DNA of 64,000 nt, taken from contig JADCJJ010000267.1 in the NCBI GenBank assembly GCA_020247085.1, positions 3,582-67,581 on the forward strand. Direction: 5' to 3'. This DNA comes from Myxococcaceae bacterium. Its GTDB lineage: Bacteria; Myxococcota; Myxococcia; Myxococcales; Myxococcaceae. Position 1 is the stretch's first letter; each line of letters opens with the position of its first letter. The position numbers and the translations under genes are program-made. Positions 53,486-62,834 of the stretch are shown here, in pieces. Below the pieces are notes generated by a model. It was not told the DNA's origin. It saw nothing but the letters and a program-made list of their open reading frames with translations, and made no database searches.

Positions 53486-56400
53486 GGGGCTGCCTCGGGG
53501 TTGCCCTGCTGTGCGCCTCGGCGTCGGCGGCCGGCCAGGCGGTGGCGCGCCCCTCGGGGCTGACGCCGCTGCAGCCGCTCACCTCGGGCAGCTCGGACCA
53601 GTTCTTCGGCCAGCTGCACCCCGACGGCCGGCGCCTCGTCTTCGCCAGCAACGTCAACGGCACCGTCGAGGTCTTCGCCCAGGCCGTCGGCGCGGGCGCC
53701 CCCGAGCTGCTGTTCGACGAGCAGGGCGACGTGAGCCAGCCGCGCCTGTCTCCCGACGGGAGCGCGCTGCTCTACCTGTCGTACCGGGACGATGCCTTCG
53801 GTGACGCGTGCCTCTTCGAGCTCGCCTCGGGCCGGCGGCGCTGCCTGCCCGTCGACGGCGCGGCGCTGCACGCCTTCTGGTTCCCCGGGGGGGCCGACGT
53901 CGGCGTGGTACGCCGGCTCGAGCTGGGCGGCGCGCACCAGCTCGTGCGCCTGCCACGCGGGGCGACCCGCGCCGCCGAGGCCACGGTGCTGCTCGACGGC
54001 GCCTTCGCCCACCCCGTCGCGTCGGCTGACGGGCGGTGGCTGGCGCTCGTCGAGCTGGCGCCGGCCCTCGACGGCGGCGCGCCGGCGCTCCTGCGCGCCA
54101 CCCCGGGCCTGGTGCTCGTCTCGCTCGACGACGGGCGCCGGCTCGTCTTCTCGCCACGCCTGTCCGGCGCCTCGGCGCACCCGGCGTTCGCCCCAGACGG
54201 GCGGTTCCTGTACTTCACCCAGTTCCCCGACGACTCGAATGCCGACGGCGTCACCGACGGCAACGACAACGGCGTGCTCGCCCGCGTACCCTTCGACGGC
54301 ACCCGCCTCGTGCCGGCGCAGGGAGACGAGGTCGAGGTGCTGACGAGCCTGCGCAGCAACTGCCAGTACCCCATGCCCGCCACGACGCAGTTGGTGGCGA
54401 CCTGCAGCCGGCGGGGGTCGCTCCAGGTGGTGAGCCTGCCCCTCGAGGGTCAGGTGCCCGCCAGCTTCGACGCGGCGCGCCTCGACGACGAGGCGGCGGC
54501 GGCTCGCCACCGGCACGAGCACCGGCTGTTGCAGGAGCGGCGCCTGGAGCGCGAGCGCGAGCCGGACCGCCGCGTCGCGCTCGAGCGCCGGCTCGCCATG
54601 GCGTCGCTCGAGTTGGGCGCCTACGACTCGGCCGAGTTCGACCTGGGCCTCATGCGACAGGACGCGGGCGTCGACAGCGACGAGGCGACGTGGGCGCAGG
54701 TGGCCACCGAACTCGTCCAGCACCGGCGCGACGAGGCGCGGCTGTCGTTCGGCAAGCTCTCCGACGACTTCATCACCTCGGAGCGCGCGCGGGCTCGCCG
54801 CCTCGAGGCGTGGGAGCGCCACGCCCGGCCGACGGTGCGGCGGCTGGCGCGGCTGGTGCGCGCTGAGGTCTTGCGGGTGCTCGGCCAGAAGGCCGCCGCG
54901 CTCGCCCTCTTCACCAGCCTCGACGTCGAGGCCGAGGAGGACCCCGACGTGGTGCTGCTGTGGGGGCGCCTGGCGGAACGAATGCTGCGCGAGGCCGGAG
55001 ACCGAGACGCCTGGGCGAAGGCCAACCTGCGCGTCTCGAAGCACCCCGCGTTGAGCGAGCGGGAGCGCCTCGTGCACGCGCGGCGCTTCGTCGACGCGGT
55101 CACCGCCGGGCGGGGCCGCGCGGCGCGCCTCGAGGCGGTGGCCGTCGCGTCGAGCTGGAGCCAGGACGCCAGCGGGGCGCGCCTGCTGCTCGACGTCGAG
55201 CGGGCCCTCGACGAGGCGGCGCAGGCGACGCAGGCCGCGGCGCTCGAGGCGGCGTGGGCCCGGGCGACGTCGTTCGAGCAGGGTCGCATGGTGGCGATGA
55301 CCATCGTCGAGCGGGCGGCGCACGACGACCTGCAGGCGGTGCTCGACGTCTTCGCTCGGCGCTGGCTCGACGAGGTGCCGGCCGCGCACGCCGAGCGGAA
55401 GTACGCCGAGGCCCTCTTCGCCGAAGTGAACCTCGAGCGGGCGTACTGGTTCTTGCAGCAGGAGCGCCACGCCGAGGCGGCGGCGCTCTTCCTCACCATC
55501 GCCCGGCGGACGCGCTCGCTCGAGGCCGTCTCAGGCTTCGTCGAGGCGTCGGCTCGAGAGGGGGCGGGGGCAGCCGACGTCACCGCGGCCCTCGCGCGCG
55601 CCCTGGGCCGCGACGCTGCACTCGAGGGCTATGCCGAGGCGGTGGCGCTGGGGCGGGCGCTGCCCGGGCTCGACGGTGAGGCCTTCACGCGCGCGCTGGG
55701 CCGCGCCCGGGCGGCCTTGCAGGCCGGGGCCGAGGTGCTGACCCGGAGCCCCGAGTACCACCACCTGCTTGGCTTCCTGGCGCACGAGGCTTTCCACCAC
55801 GCCGGCGAGCGCGCCGAGGCGCTCGAGGCGCACGGGCGCTACCACCTCGCGCTCGACCTGGCGCCCGACGTGTACCGGCGGCGGGCCAGCCTGCTCCTCG
55901 AACTGGGGCTGCTGCAGGCGGCCCTGGGCAACCACCGCATCGCGGTGAAGCACCTCGAGGAGCGCGGCCGCCTACCCTTCGTGCGGCCCGCCGAGCAGGC
56001 CGCGTTCCACCTCGCGTACGCGCGCAGCCTGCTGCACGCCGGGTCGCTCGAGGTGGCCTCAGCCGAGGCCAAGCAGGGCCTCGCCTTCGTGTCGTCGACG
56101 CCGGCCCTCGCGCCGTTCCTGCCCCTGGCGCTGGAGCGGGCCATGGTGACGCACCTGGCAGCGGGCAGGCCAGAAGAGGCCATCGGGTACGGCGAGCGGC
56201 TGCTCCCGTTGGTGCCGGCCAGCGCCGCGGCCCGGGTGAAGCCGCGCCTGGCGCTCGCGGCGGCGCACCTGGCGGCGGGTGAGCCGGCCCGGGCGAGGGT
56301 CCGGCTCGACGAGGCACGGGCCTCGCTGTCGGGCGCGCAGCCGCTTCACGACGCCGCGGCACTCGCGGCGCAGGGGCCCACACACCTGACGCAAGACGAC

Positions 56401-56874
56401 CTGCGCGCCCTGGTCTCGGGGCTCGACGCCGTGGCGGCGAGGGCCCTCGGCGCGCTGCCGGCGCGGCTCACCGCCCTGGGCGAGCGCCGGGGCCTCATCG
56501 AGGCGCGACACCGGGTGGCTCCGAGGGACGAGCACCTGCGTGAGCTCGCCCGCCTGGCGCACCAGCAGGCGTGGACCGAGGCGCGGACCGGGCGGTGGCG
56601 AGAGGCCCGCGCGTCGCTCGCCCGGGGCCTCGCGCTCGCCGACGACTGGCGCGCCCGTTCCGGCACACCGCTCGACGAGGTCTCGGTGGCGCTGCTCGAG
56701 CTGTGCGCCGAGGTGTCGCTCGTCGACCCGGGGGCCGCTCCGCTGGGGCGCGCGGCCCTCGCCGAGGAGCTGCGGCGCGGCCTGCGCACCGCCCGGACGC
56801 TCGGCACCGGGCCCGCGACGCACGTGCGCACCCACTGGCCAACCTGGCTCGCCCGGCTGTCCGCGGCGCCATGA
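53479..56874 (+). CDS. secreted PD40/TolB-like beta-propeller fused to about 800 aa of TPR-like helical repeats
   Basis: GTG 53479 overlaps the upstream stop (GTGCTGA). Signal peptide LRGCLGVALLCASASAAG. PD40-like repeats (HPDGRRLVFASNVNG, LSPDGSALLYLSY, SADGRWLALV, FAPDGRFLYFTQ). A long Ala/Leu/Arg-rich helical region follows. Confidence 0.7.
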   Translation: MLRGCLGVALLCASASAAGQAVARPSGLTPLQPLTSGSSDQFFGQLHPDGRRLVFASNVNGTVEVFAQAVGAGAPELLFDEQGDVSQPRLSPDGSALLYLSYRDDAFGDACLFELASGRRRCLPVDGAALHAFWFPGGADVGVVRRLELGGAHQLVRLPRGATRAAEATVLLDGAFAHPVASADGRWLALVELAPALDGGAPALLRATPGLVLVSLDDGRRLVFSPRLSGASAHPAFAPDGRFLYFTQFPDDSNADGVTDGNDNGVLARVPFDGTRLVPAQGDEVEVLTSLRSNCQYPMPATTQLVATCSRRGSLQVVSLPLEGQVPASFDAARLDDEAAAARHRHEHRLLQERRLEREREPDRRVALERRLAMASLELGAYDSAEFDLGLMRQDAGVDSDEATWAQVATELVQHRRDEARLSFGKLSDDFITSERARARRLEAWERHARPTVRRLARLVRAEVLRVLGQKAAALALFTSLDVEAEEDPDVVLLWGRLAERMLREAGDRDAWAKANLRVSKHPALSERERLVHARRFVDAVTAGRGRAARLEAVAVASSWSQDASGARLLLDVERALDEAAQATQAAALEAAWARATSFEQGRMVAMTIVERAAHDDLQAVLDVFARRWLDEVPAAHAERKYAEALFAEVNLERAYWFLQQERHAEAAALFLTIARRTRSLEAVSGFVEASAREGAGAADVTAALARALGRDAALEGYAEAVALGRALPGLDGEAFTRALGRARAALQAGAEVLTRSPEYHHLLGFLAHEAFHHAGERAEALEAHGRYHLALDLAPDVYRRRASLLLELGLLQAALGNHRIAVKHLEERGRLPFVRPAEQAAFHLAYARSLLHAGSLEVASAEAKQGLAFVSSTPALAPFLPLALERAMVTHLAAGRPEEAIGYGERLLPLVPASAAARVKPRLALAAAHLAAGEPARARVRLDEARASLSGAQPLHDAAALAAQGPTHLTQDDLRALVSGLDAVAARALGALPARLTALGERRGLIEARHRVAPRDEHLRELARLAHQQAWTEARTGRWREARASLARGLALADDWRARSGTPLDEVSVALLELCAEVSLVDPGAAPLGRAALAEELRRGLRTARTLGTGPATHVRTHWPTWLARLSAAP

Positions 56875-57334
56875 GGCCGGCGGGAGGCGTCGGCGAGCGC
56901 AGGCGGGCGCGCCCACCTGCGGCGGCGGAACGAGGCCACGCGCTGGGCTCGTGCGGCCGGCATGCGCGACGGTCCTCGAGGCTGGCGCGCCCCCGCAACA
57001 CGTGGCCGACGCCGGGGTGCAGCGCCCCGGCTGATCGCAGGACTCCCTCGAGGAGCGCTTCCTCACGCAGCAGGAAGAGGGGCGCGCTGCGCGAGGCGGC
57101 GGTCGGTGCTGGGCGGGCTGCCGCGCGAGGGCCTGCTGGCCTGTTCGCCCGAGCGATGCCCCGTCGGCCGCGCGGCGGGGCGAGCGCCAGGCGACGCCCC
57201 GGGCGCTGGCCGGGCACAGCGCGTCCCCCGAGGGTGCCGTGAGCGGTGGCACGCGGGGGGCGACGCCTCCGCGACGAGGGCACCGCGCGGAGCAAGCGCA
57301 CGGGGGCTGCGCGCCAGCGTCAACGCCCCCCTCC

Positions 57335-57780
57335 TCAACGGCATTCCGACACCGCCCGGTGGGCCTCACGAGAAGACGAGCGTCGCCCGGGGCCCCTCCA
57401 CTGCGGGCGCGGGGTGCCCGCCTCACACCGCTCGGCCGACGGCACCGCGGCGCCGCGCTCGAAGGAGCCCCGGAGGAAGCCCCGGGTGAGGCTCCACACC
57501 TCATCGGGCGCGAAGCGGAGCCCGCGCCTCACCCGGCTGGTGCAGCGAGGTACCGTCGGCGCGGCGCGCACGCAGGAAGACGTCCGCTGCGACGGGCACC
57601 TTCGAGCGGCTGGCCGACTCGAGCGTGAGGCTGAGGCGCCGGCCGGCCGTTGGCGACGGTGGTGACGTCTTCACGTCGGCGGTCCACTCGAAGCGGGCGA
57701 GTTCCTCGGGCGTCGGTGAGCACGTGCCGACACCGGAGGAGCCCAGCACCACCAGCAGCGGCGTCAGGCAACACCTCTTG
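57335..57780 (-). pseudogene. eroded lipoprotein-like ORF (two frames, no start codon)
   Basis: Minus frame reads CLTPLLVVLGSSGVGTCSPTPEELARFEWTADVKT..., with 18/20 G/C at third positions in 57601-57660, and stops at 57501. The adjacent frame continues protein-like as FAPDEVWSLTRGFLRGSFERGAAVPSAERCE, with 26/27 in 57421-57500. There is no in-frame ATG/GTG/TTG before the hydrophobic segment. Confidence 0.25.
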
Positions 57781-57937
57781 GCCGCCCCCTTCTGCGAGGG
57801 CGCTGCCAGCCACCGACGCTCGACGCCCGCCCTCCCGCCGCCGGACCGCCGGGTCAGGAGGCCTGACGTTTCCTCGCTGGCGCCACCTCGCGCCGTGGCG
57901 CGCACTCGAGCAGACAGCTGCTCCCTCGCCTGCACGC

Positions 57938-58720
57938 TCAGCGCGGCGAAGGGTCGCCCGGGCCCGCGGCGGGCTTCGGCGCGGACACCTCGAGCGTCAC
58001 CGACGCGCGGGCATGGTTACCGGCGGCGTCGACGAGCTCGACCTTCAGGGCGTAGCTCCGCCCATCTTCGAAACCGAAGCTGCCAGAGCAGGGGTCGTGC
58101 CCGAGGGTGGCCATCTGGCCCACGACGGGCACGACGTACTGCTGCTTCATCGCCGGGCCACGGGTGCGCGACATCGTGACGACGAGGTACGTCGCGCCGA
58201 CGTCGACGACCTGTGTCCGCAGCTTCAAGGTGCGGGTGAGCCCGTTGGCGGTGCGCTGGTAGAGCCCCTCGGAGACGGCTGGCCGGGCCGAGAAGGTGGG
58301 CGGCGCGGTGTCGGCGGCCAGGCCCGTGCGCCAGCGCGGGGTGTTGTCGCCGTAGGTGTCGTTGAGCAGCCTCACGCGCTCCAGCGCCCGGCCGAGGCCC
58401 AGCGAGTACTGGGTGTTGGGTGACAACGGCCGCGTCGGCCGCAGGCGCACCGCGGCCCGGCTCATGGCCGAGACCCAGGCCGTCTCGACGGTGACGGGCA
58501 CTGCGTCACCGCCCCCGAAGAGGGCCAGCTCGCCGGTGCCGACCAGCCCTGCCACCCGCGACGCGTCCCCGGCGAGGCCCTCGAGCACGAGCTGCACGTT
58601 GGTGGGCACGGTGGCGCCAGGCGTCGGGAACAGCCGCACGCCCGTCTCGCACGCGCCATCGGCGGCCGACGCCGGCGCGGCGAGAAGCGCGACAAGCAGA
58701 CTGACGGTAGACCGGAGCAT
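57938..58720 (-). CDS. secreted hypothetical protein (Ig-like/beta-sandwich-like)
   Basis: ATG 58720, signal peptide MLRSTVSLLVALLAAPASA. Strand-rich body (YLVVTMSRTRG, YALKVELVDAAGNHARASVTLEV). The track ORF 57938..59260 is trimmed to this start. Confidence 0.65.
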   Translation of the reverse strand: MLRSTVSLLVALLAAPASAADGACETGVRLFPTPGATVPTNVQLVLEGLAGDASRVAGLVGTGELALFGGGDAVPVTVETAWVSAMSRAAVRLRPTRPLSPNTQYSLGLGRALERVRLLNDTYGDNTPRWRTGLAADTAPPTFSARPAVSEGLYQRTANGLTRTLKLRTQVVDVGATYLVVTMSRTRGPAMKQQYVVPVVGQMATLGHDPCSGSFGFEDGRSYALKVELVDAAGNHARASVTLEVSAPKPAAGPGDPSPR

Positions 58721-58773
58721 CGGGCGCGGCGCCGGGGACCGAAGGCCGCGCCGGCGCTCCCTGGGTGCCACCG

Positions 58774-59064
58774 TCAGTGGACGGGCGCGCCGGGGTCGAC
58801 GAGCTCGACGGGCCCGAACTTCTGCTCGTACTTCGCCAGGTTCTCCTGAATGGCCAGCAGCAGGCGCTTCATGTGCTTGGGGTTGGTGATGATGCGCGAC
58901 AGCACCTTGGCGCGCGGCTGCTGCGGCTGCACGTAGATGAAGTCGAGGGTGAACTCGGTCTCGGTGTGGTTGACGAGCGCCATGTTGACGTAGCGGCCGT
59001 TGGCCACGTCGTCGTCGAGCTGAATCTGGAGCTGAATCTCGGGAGGCTTGGGCGAATCGCTCAT
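58774..59064 (-). CDS. DUF3467 domain-containing protein
   Basis: 96 aa. GRYVNMALVNHTETEFTLDFIYVQPQQP..ITNPKHMKRLLLAIQENLAKYE matches the DUF3467 pattern from memory. GC is noticeably lower than in neighbouring genes. Confidence 0.75.
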   Translation of the reverse strand: MSDSPKPPEIQLQIQLDDDVANGRYVNMALVNHTETEFTLDFIYVQPQQPRAKVLSRIITNPKHMKRLLLAIQENLAKYEQKFGPVELVDPGAPVH

Positions 59065-59153
59065 GGGCTGGCGGTGTACTCCGGGCCCGAGGGCGAGTGA
59101 ACGGGCATCGCCCCCGGCCCGCGGGCCTTGCGTCGGGCCAGGGCGCTGTCAGC

Positions 59154-59990
59154 ATGAGGCGGCTCCCCGTGACGTTCCCGCTCGACCCCGCGCGCACCGC
59201 CGCCTTCGACCTCGGCCCCGCTGACGCCGGGACCGCGGTGCTGCTGCTGCACGGCTTCACCGGCAGCCCCTGGGAGGTCCGCCCGCTGGCCGAGTCCCTC
59301 GCGGACCGCGGCTTCTTCGTGCGGGCCCCGCGGCTGCCGGGCCACGGGACGACGCCCGAGGCGATGTGCTGGGTGACGCGGCACGACTGGCTCCGCGCCG
59401 CCGACGAGGCGCTCGACGGCCTCTCGGCCTTCCCCCGGGTGTGCGTGGCGGGGCTGTCGATGGGCGCCCTGCTGGCGCTGCTCCTGGCCGAGCGCCGCGG
59501 GCCGCGCGTGTCGAAGCTGGTGCTGATGGCCCCGGTGATGCGGGTGAAGCAGCGGGCCGGGCGCCTGCTCGAGGCCCTCGCGCCACGGCTGCCGAGCGGG
59601 CTGGCGTCGGGCTGGGTCCAGAAGGCGTCCGTCGACCTCGAGGACGACGAGGCGCGGGCGCAGGCGCCGCTGCTGCCCCGCTATCCGCTGGCGCGGCTGC
59701 TCGAGCTGTTCGAGCTGCAGCGCCTGGCGCGGGGCGCGGCGCGGAAGGTGCGGTGCCCGGCGCTCATCGCCGCAGCGGTGCACGACCATGTCGTCGACTT
59801 CGAAAGCGTCGAGGCCCTCCACCGCGAGGTCGAGGGCTCGCGCCTGCTGGTGCTCCAGCGCGGGTTCCATTTGTTGCCACGGGATCTCGACCGGGCGCGG
59901 CTGGCGACCGAGGTGGCCGACTTCGTCGAGCCGCCGGAAGCGCCTGGCGCCACGCCGCCCGTCACCCCCGCTCGAGCGCCTGCTCGGTGA
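59154..59990 (+). CDS. alpha/beta hydrolase (carboxylesterase / monoacylglycerol-lipase-like)
   Basis: ATG 59154. LLLHGFTGSPWEV, nucleophile elbow GLSMGALLA, late HD..V and FHLL segments. Confidence 0.85.
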   Translation: MRRLPVTFPLDPARTAAFDLGPADAGTAVLLLHGFTGSPWEVRPLAESLADRGFFVRAPRLPGHGTTPEAMCWVTRHDWLRAADEALDGLSAFPRVCVAGLSMGALLALLLAERRGPRVSKLVLMAPVMRVKQRAGRLLEALAPRLPSGLASGWVQKASVDLEDDEARAQAPLLPRYPLARLLELFELQRLARGAARKVRCPALIAAAVHDHVVDFESVEALHREVEGSRLLVLQRGFHLLPRDLDRARLATEVADFVEPPEAPGATPPVTPARAPAR

Positions 59991-60723
59991 AGGCCTCGTC
60001 GCCGAGCGATGAGTCCTCGAGCTTCTGTACCGTCATCTGCGTCTTCGAGCCCGTCTGCAGGTTCTCCATGACGGCCTCGGCGGCGATGACGCGCGCCTTG
60101 AAGGCCTTGAGCTTGAGCGTGCGGTAGCGCTTGAAGGGCTTGCCGGCCAGGTCGGCGTACTCGACCCGCATCGGCACGGAGGTCTGCTTGTCGACGTAGA
60201 GCGTCACCTGGCCGTAGCCCGACGCCTCGTCACCCTGCCCCTTCAGCACGAAGCAGTCGCGGCCCTCGGCCTTCTCGTCGGGCAGGCGCTGGAGCGTGCC
60301 GTCGCGGGCGCCGTTCGAGGCGATGTCGGCGTAGGCGAAGTCGGTGTCCATGAAGGCCTTGGCGCGGTCGGTCTTCGCCACCTTGCGCACGCGCTTGAGC
60401 TTCGGGAGGTAGAGCGAGACGTCGTCGCCGGCGCCGCCCACCCCCTCGACCGTCAACACCGCGACGCCCGCGACGCCGGCCGGCGCCGAGAACCGCGCCA
60501 GCGCATGGGAGCGGCCATCGATGGTGCGGCTCGAGCTGGTGAGCTGCTGCTCCTTCACCCGGCCGTCCGACGCGGTGGTGACGAGCTTGATCTCAGCGGT
60601 GAGGCCCACCAGGTTGAGCGCGCCCTTCTCACGCGACTTCTTCGAGATGTCGGCGGCGGTCTCGTCGGCCCAGGCCGCCGAGGCGACGACGACGGCGAGG
60701 GCCCCCAGGGCGAAGCGGCGCAT
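59962..60723 (-). CDS. LolA-like outer-membrane lipoprotein-sorting/carrier family protein (second copy)
   Basis: Signal peptide MRRFALGALAVVVASAAWA. GDDVSLYLPKLKRVRKVAKTD..FMDTDFAYADI parallels GDNAWVYLPNLKRATRIANRD..GGDFNNADV in the 111-830 product. Confidence 0.8.
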   Translation of the reverse strand: MRRFALGALAVVVASAAWADETAADISKKSREKGALNLVGLTAEIKLVTTASDGRVKEQQLTSSSRTIDGRSHALARFSAPAGVAGVAVLTVEGVGGAGDDVSLYLPKLKRVRKVAKTDRAKAFMDTDFAYADIASNGARDGTLQRLPDEKAEGRDCFVLKGQGDEASGYGQVTLYVDKQTSVPMRVEYADLAGKPFKRYRTLKLKAFKARVIAAEAVMENLQTGSKTQMTVQKLEDSSLGDEAFTEQALERG

Positions 60724-60876
60724 GTCTCGAGTCCTAGCGCGGAACCCCCGCGGCTGTCGCGACGCGCGGAGCCACCCGTCGAGGCCCGGAGAGCGGCCTG
60801 CGCCTGTTGGCCCGCAGCGGTCCGCTGCCGGGCGCCCCTCCGGTGCGTCACGGCGGGCGGTGGCGCTCGCGCTTCG

Positions 60877-62673
60877 TCACGGGCGCCTCGACGGGCCCGG
60901 CGCGGGCTCCGACGGGAAGTACTCGGGCAGCGTCTCTTTCAGGCGGCGCTCGGCGGCCTCGAGGTGCGCGTTCTTTGGCTCGAGCGCCCGGGCGGCCTGC
61001 AGCCTGAGGAGCGCCCGGCGCGGGTGGCCCTGGGCCAGCTCGCACCGGGCCTCGGCCTCAAGCGCCTCGACGTCGTCGGGCGCGTAGACGACGGCGTCAC
61101 GCGCCGCGGCGCAGGCCCGCTCGGCGTCGCCCGCCGCCAGCCAGGCCCTCGACAGCGCCACGCGCGCCGGCCCGTTCGACGGGTCCACCTTCACCGCCGT
61201 CGCCAGCGCCTCGGCCGCCGGCGGCGCGTCGCCGTGCTCGAGGAGTGAGAGGCCCAGGCGGGCCAGCACCGGCCCCGAGTTGGGGAAGAAGAGCGCCTCG
61301 GCGCGCGCGCGCCGCAGCGCCTGGCCCTCTTCGAAGCGCACGCCCGACAGCATCTGGTCGACGACGTGGGCGTAGCGGGGAAAGTCGGCGGGCCACTGGA
61401 AGACGAGCTGGTAGACGTTGCCCCCGCGGGGCACGAAGTACGCCGCCAGCCGCGTCGGGCCCGACGTCTCGTCGACGACGGCCCGCACCCGTACGCCGTC
61501 GCGATCGCCGACGCGCGCGGGCTCGGGCGCCTCGACGCGCACCCGCGTCACGTCCGGCCCCAGGGCGCGCGCCGACAGACGCTCATCGACGAAGCGCTGC
61601 GCTGCGCCCGGCGCGTCGGCGCCCTCGGGCATCTCGACCGCCTCGGCGGCGAAGCTGGCCCGCCCCAGCCCTGGCAGCCCGTTGTACCAGGCGACCCGCC
61701 CCAGCGGCGTCGCCCCACGCCCCCACGTCATCGGCACCGGAATCGAGAAGCCATACACGTCGTCGCGCTCGAGCCGCATCGTCGGCAGCGCGTCAGCGAA
61801 GAGCGCCTGGCCGAACGCCAGCAGCAGCACCAGCCCGACCGACGGCAGCGCGCGCAGCGCCGGCTCCCACCACCAGCGCCGCCCCTCGGCGAGCAGCCTC
61901 GGCCGCAGGAAAGAGCCCGTCGCCAGGCCCGCCACCAGCCCGCCGCCGTGGGCCCAGTTGTCGACGCCCTGCGAGGTGAGCCCGATGAGGAGCAGCCCCA
62001 GGGCGGTCGGAATCGCCGCGTCTCCCATCACGCTGCGGTGAAAGGCCGACAGCTGGCTGCGGTACTTCAGGCCGAAGGCGACGACGCCCCCGAGGCAGCC
62101 GAACACCATGCCCGAGGCGCCGATGGTGACGGACTCGTTGAGCAACAGCGACGCCGTCATCGTCGCCAGCCCCGAGAAGACGAGCAGCCAGAGGTAGTCG
62201 AGTGTGCGGTACGTGTTCTCCATCATTCCGCCGACGTTGAAGAGCACGAACATGTTGAGGCCCAGGTGCAGCCCATCGCGGTGCAGCAGGTTCGCGGTGA
62301 ACAGGCGCCACACCTCGCCCAGGTCGAACACCAACGGCCCGACCTTTCCCCCGGTGCGCACCATGTCGTCGAGCTCGAGCGTGCCGCCTCGCGCCGTCAC
62401 GAGGAAGGCCGCCAGGTTCACGAGGATGAGGGCCGAGGTGAAGAACGGGAAGCGCGCCAGCGAGAAGGCCCGGGTGAAGTAGGCCCGTCGCCCGTCCTGG
62501 AGCCGCTGCCACAGCTCGAGCTCACAGGCCCGCACGAAGCGGTCGCCCGTCACCGCCGGCAGGCGCACCAGGCTCTGCGGCGACACCTCACCGCGGCCCA
62601 CGCGCGCCTCGAACTCCGCCAGGTCGAGCGCTTCGTCGCCGACCTCCGTGCGCAAGATGACCGGAGCCGCCAT
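60877..62673 (-). CDS. rhomboid-family intramembrane serine protease fused to a C-terminal TPR domain
   Basis: ATG 62673 (the track start 62679 is TTG). HRDGLHLGLNMFVLF, catalytic GASGMVFGCLGG, AHGGGLVAG. C-terminal TPR-like ARLGLSLLEHGD..AAEALATAVKVDPSN..ALSRAWLAAGD. Confidence 0.85.
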   Translation of the reverse strand: MAAPVILRTEVGDEALDLAEFEARVGRGEVSPQSLVRLPAVTGDRFVRACELELWQRLQDGRRAYFTRAFSLARFPFFTSALILVNLAAFLVTARGGTLELDDMVRTGGKVGPLVFDLGEVWRLFTANLLHRDGLHLGLNMFVLFNVGGMMENTYRTLDYLWLLVFSGLATMTASLLLNESVTIGASGMVFGCLGGVVAFGLKYRSQLSAFHRSVMGDAAIPTALGLLLIGLTSQGVDNWAHGGGLVAGLATGSFLRPRLLAEGRRWWWEPALRALPSVGLVLLLAFGQALFADALPTMRLERDDVYGFSIPVPMTWGRGATPLGRVAWYNGLPGLGRASFAAEAVEMPEGADAPGAAQRFVDERLSARALGPDVTRVRVEAPEPARVGDRDGVRVRAVVDETSGPTRLAAYFVPRGGNVYQLVFQWPADFPRYAHVVDQMLSGVRFEEGQALRRARAEALFFPNSGPVLARLGLSLLEHGDAPPAAEALATAVKVDPSNGPARVALSRAWLAAGDAERACAAARDAVVYAPDDVEALEAEARCELAQGHPRRALLRLQAARALEPKNAHLEAAERRLKETLPEYFPSEPAPGPSRRP

Positions 62674-62724
62674 CGCCAAAACCCGTCAACAGCCTACCAC
62701 TCCAGGCCCGCGCCGGCTGGCCCG

Positions 62725-62750
62725 CCCCCCCCCACGGCCACCCGGGTGGC
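62725..62750. promoter_or_regulatory. C9 homopolymer plus 14-bp perfect palindrome in the rhomboid / FHA divergent region
   Basis: C9 at 62725-62733. GCCACCCGGGTGGC at 62737-62750 is its own reverse complement. It lies 64 nt from the rhomboid ATG and 85 nt from the FHA GTG. Confidence 0.5.
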
Positions 62751-62834
62751 GCGGCGGCCTGTTCTGGCGCCGGTCGCGTGAACTCAGAGGGTTGATGCAG
62801 CCGGCGCTCCAGTGGTGCTAGAACGTTTCCCCGC

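Noticed and set aside
56059-57665. Several 130-480 aa ORFs in the gap after the PD40-TPR gene, including 56059..57504(-), 56962..57489(+) and 57246..57665(+)
   Set aside because: All are Arg/Pro/Gly/Ala strings without hydrophobic cores or motifs. Only the short lipoprotein-like stretch reported as a possible pseudogene looks protein-like.
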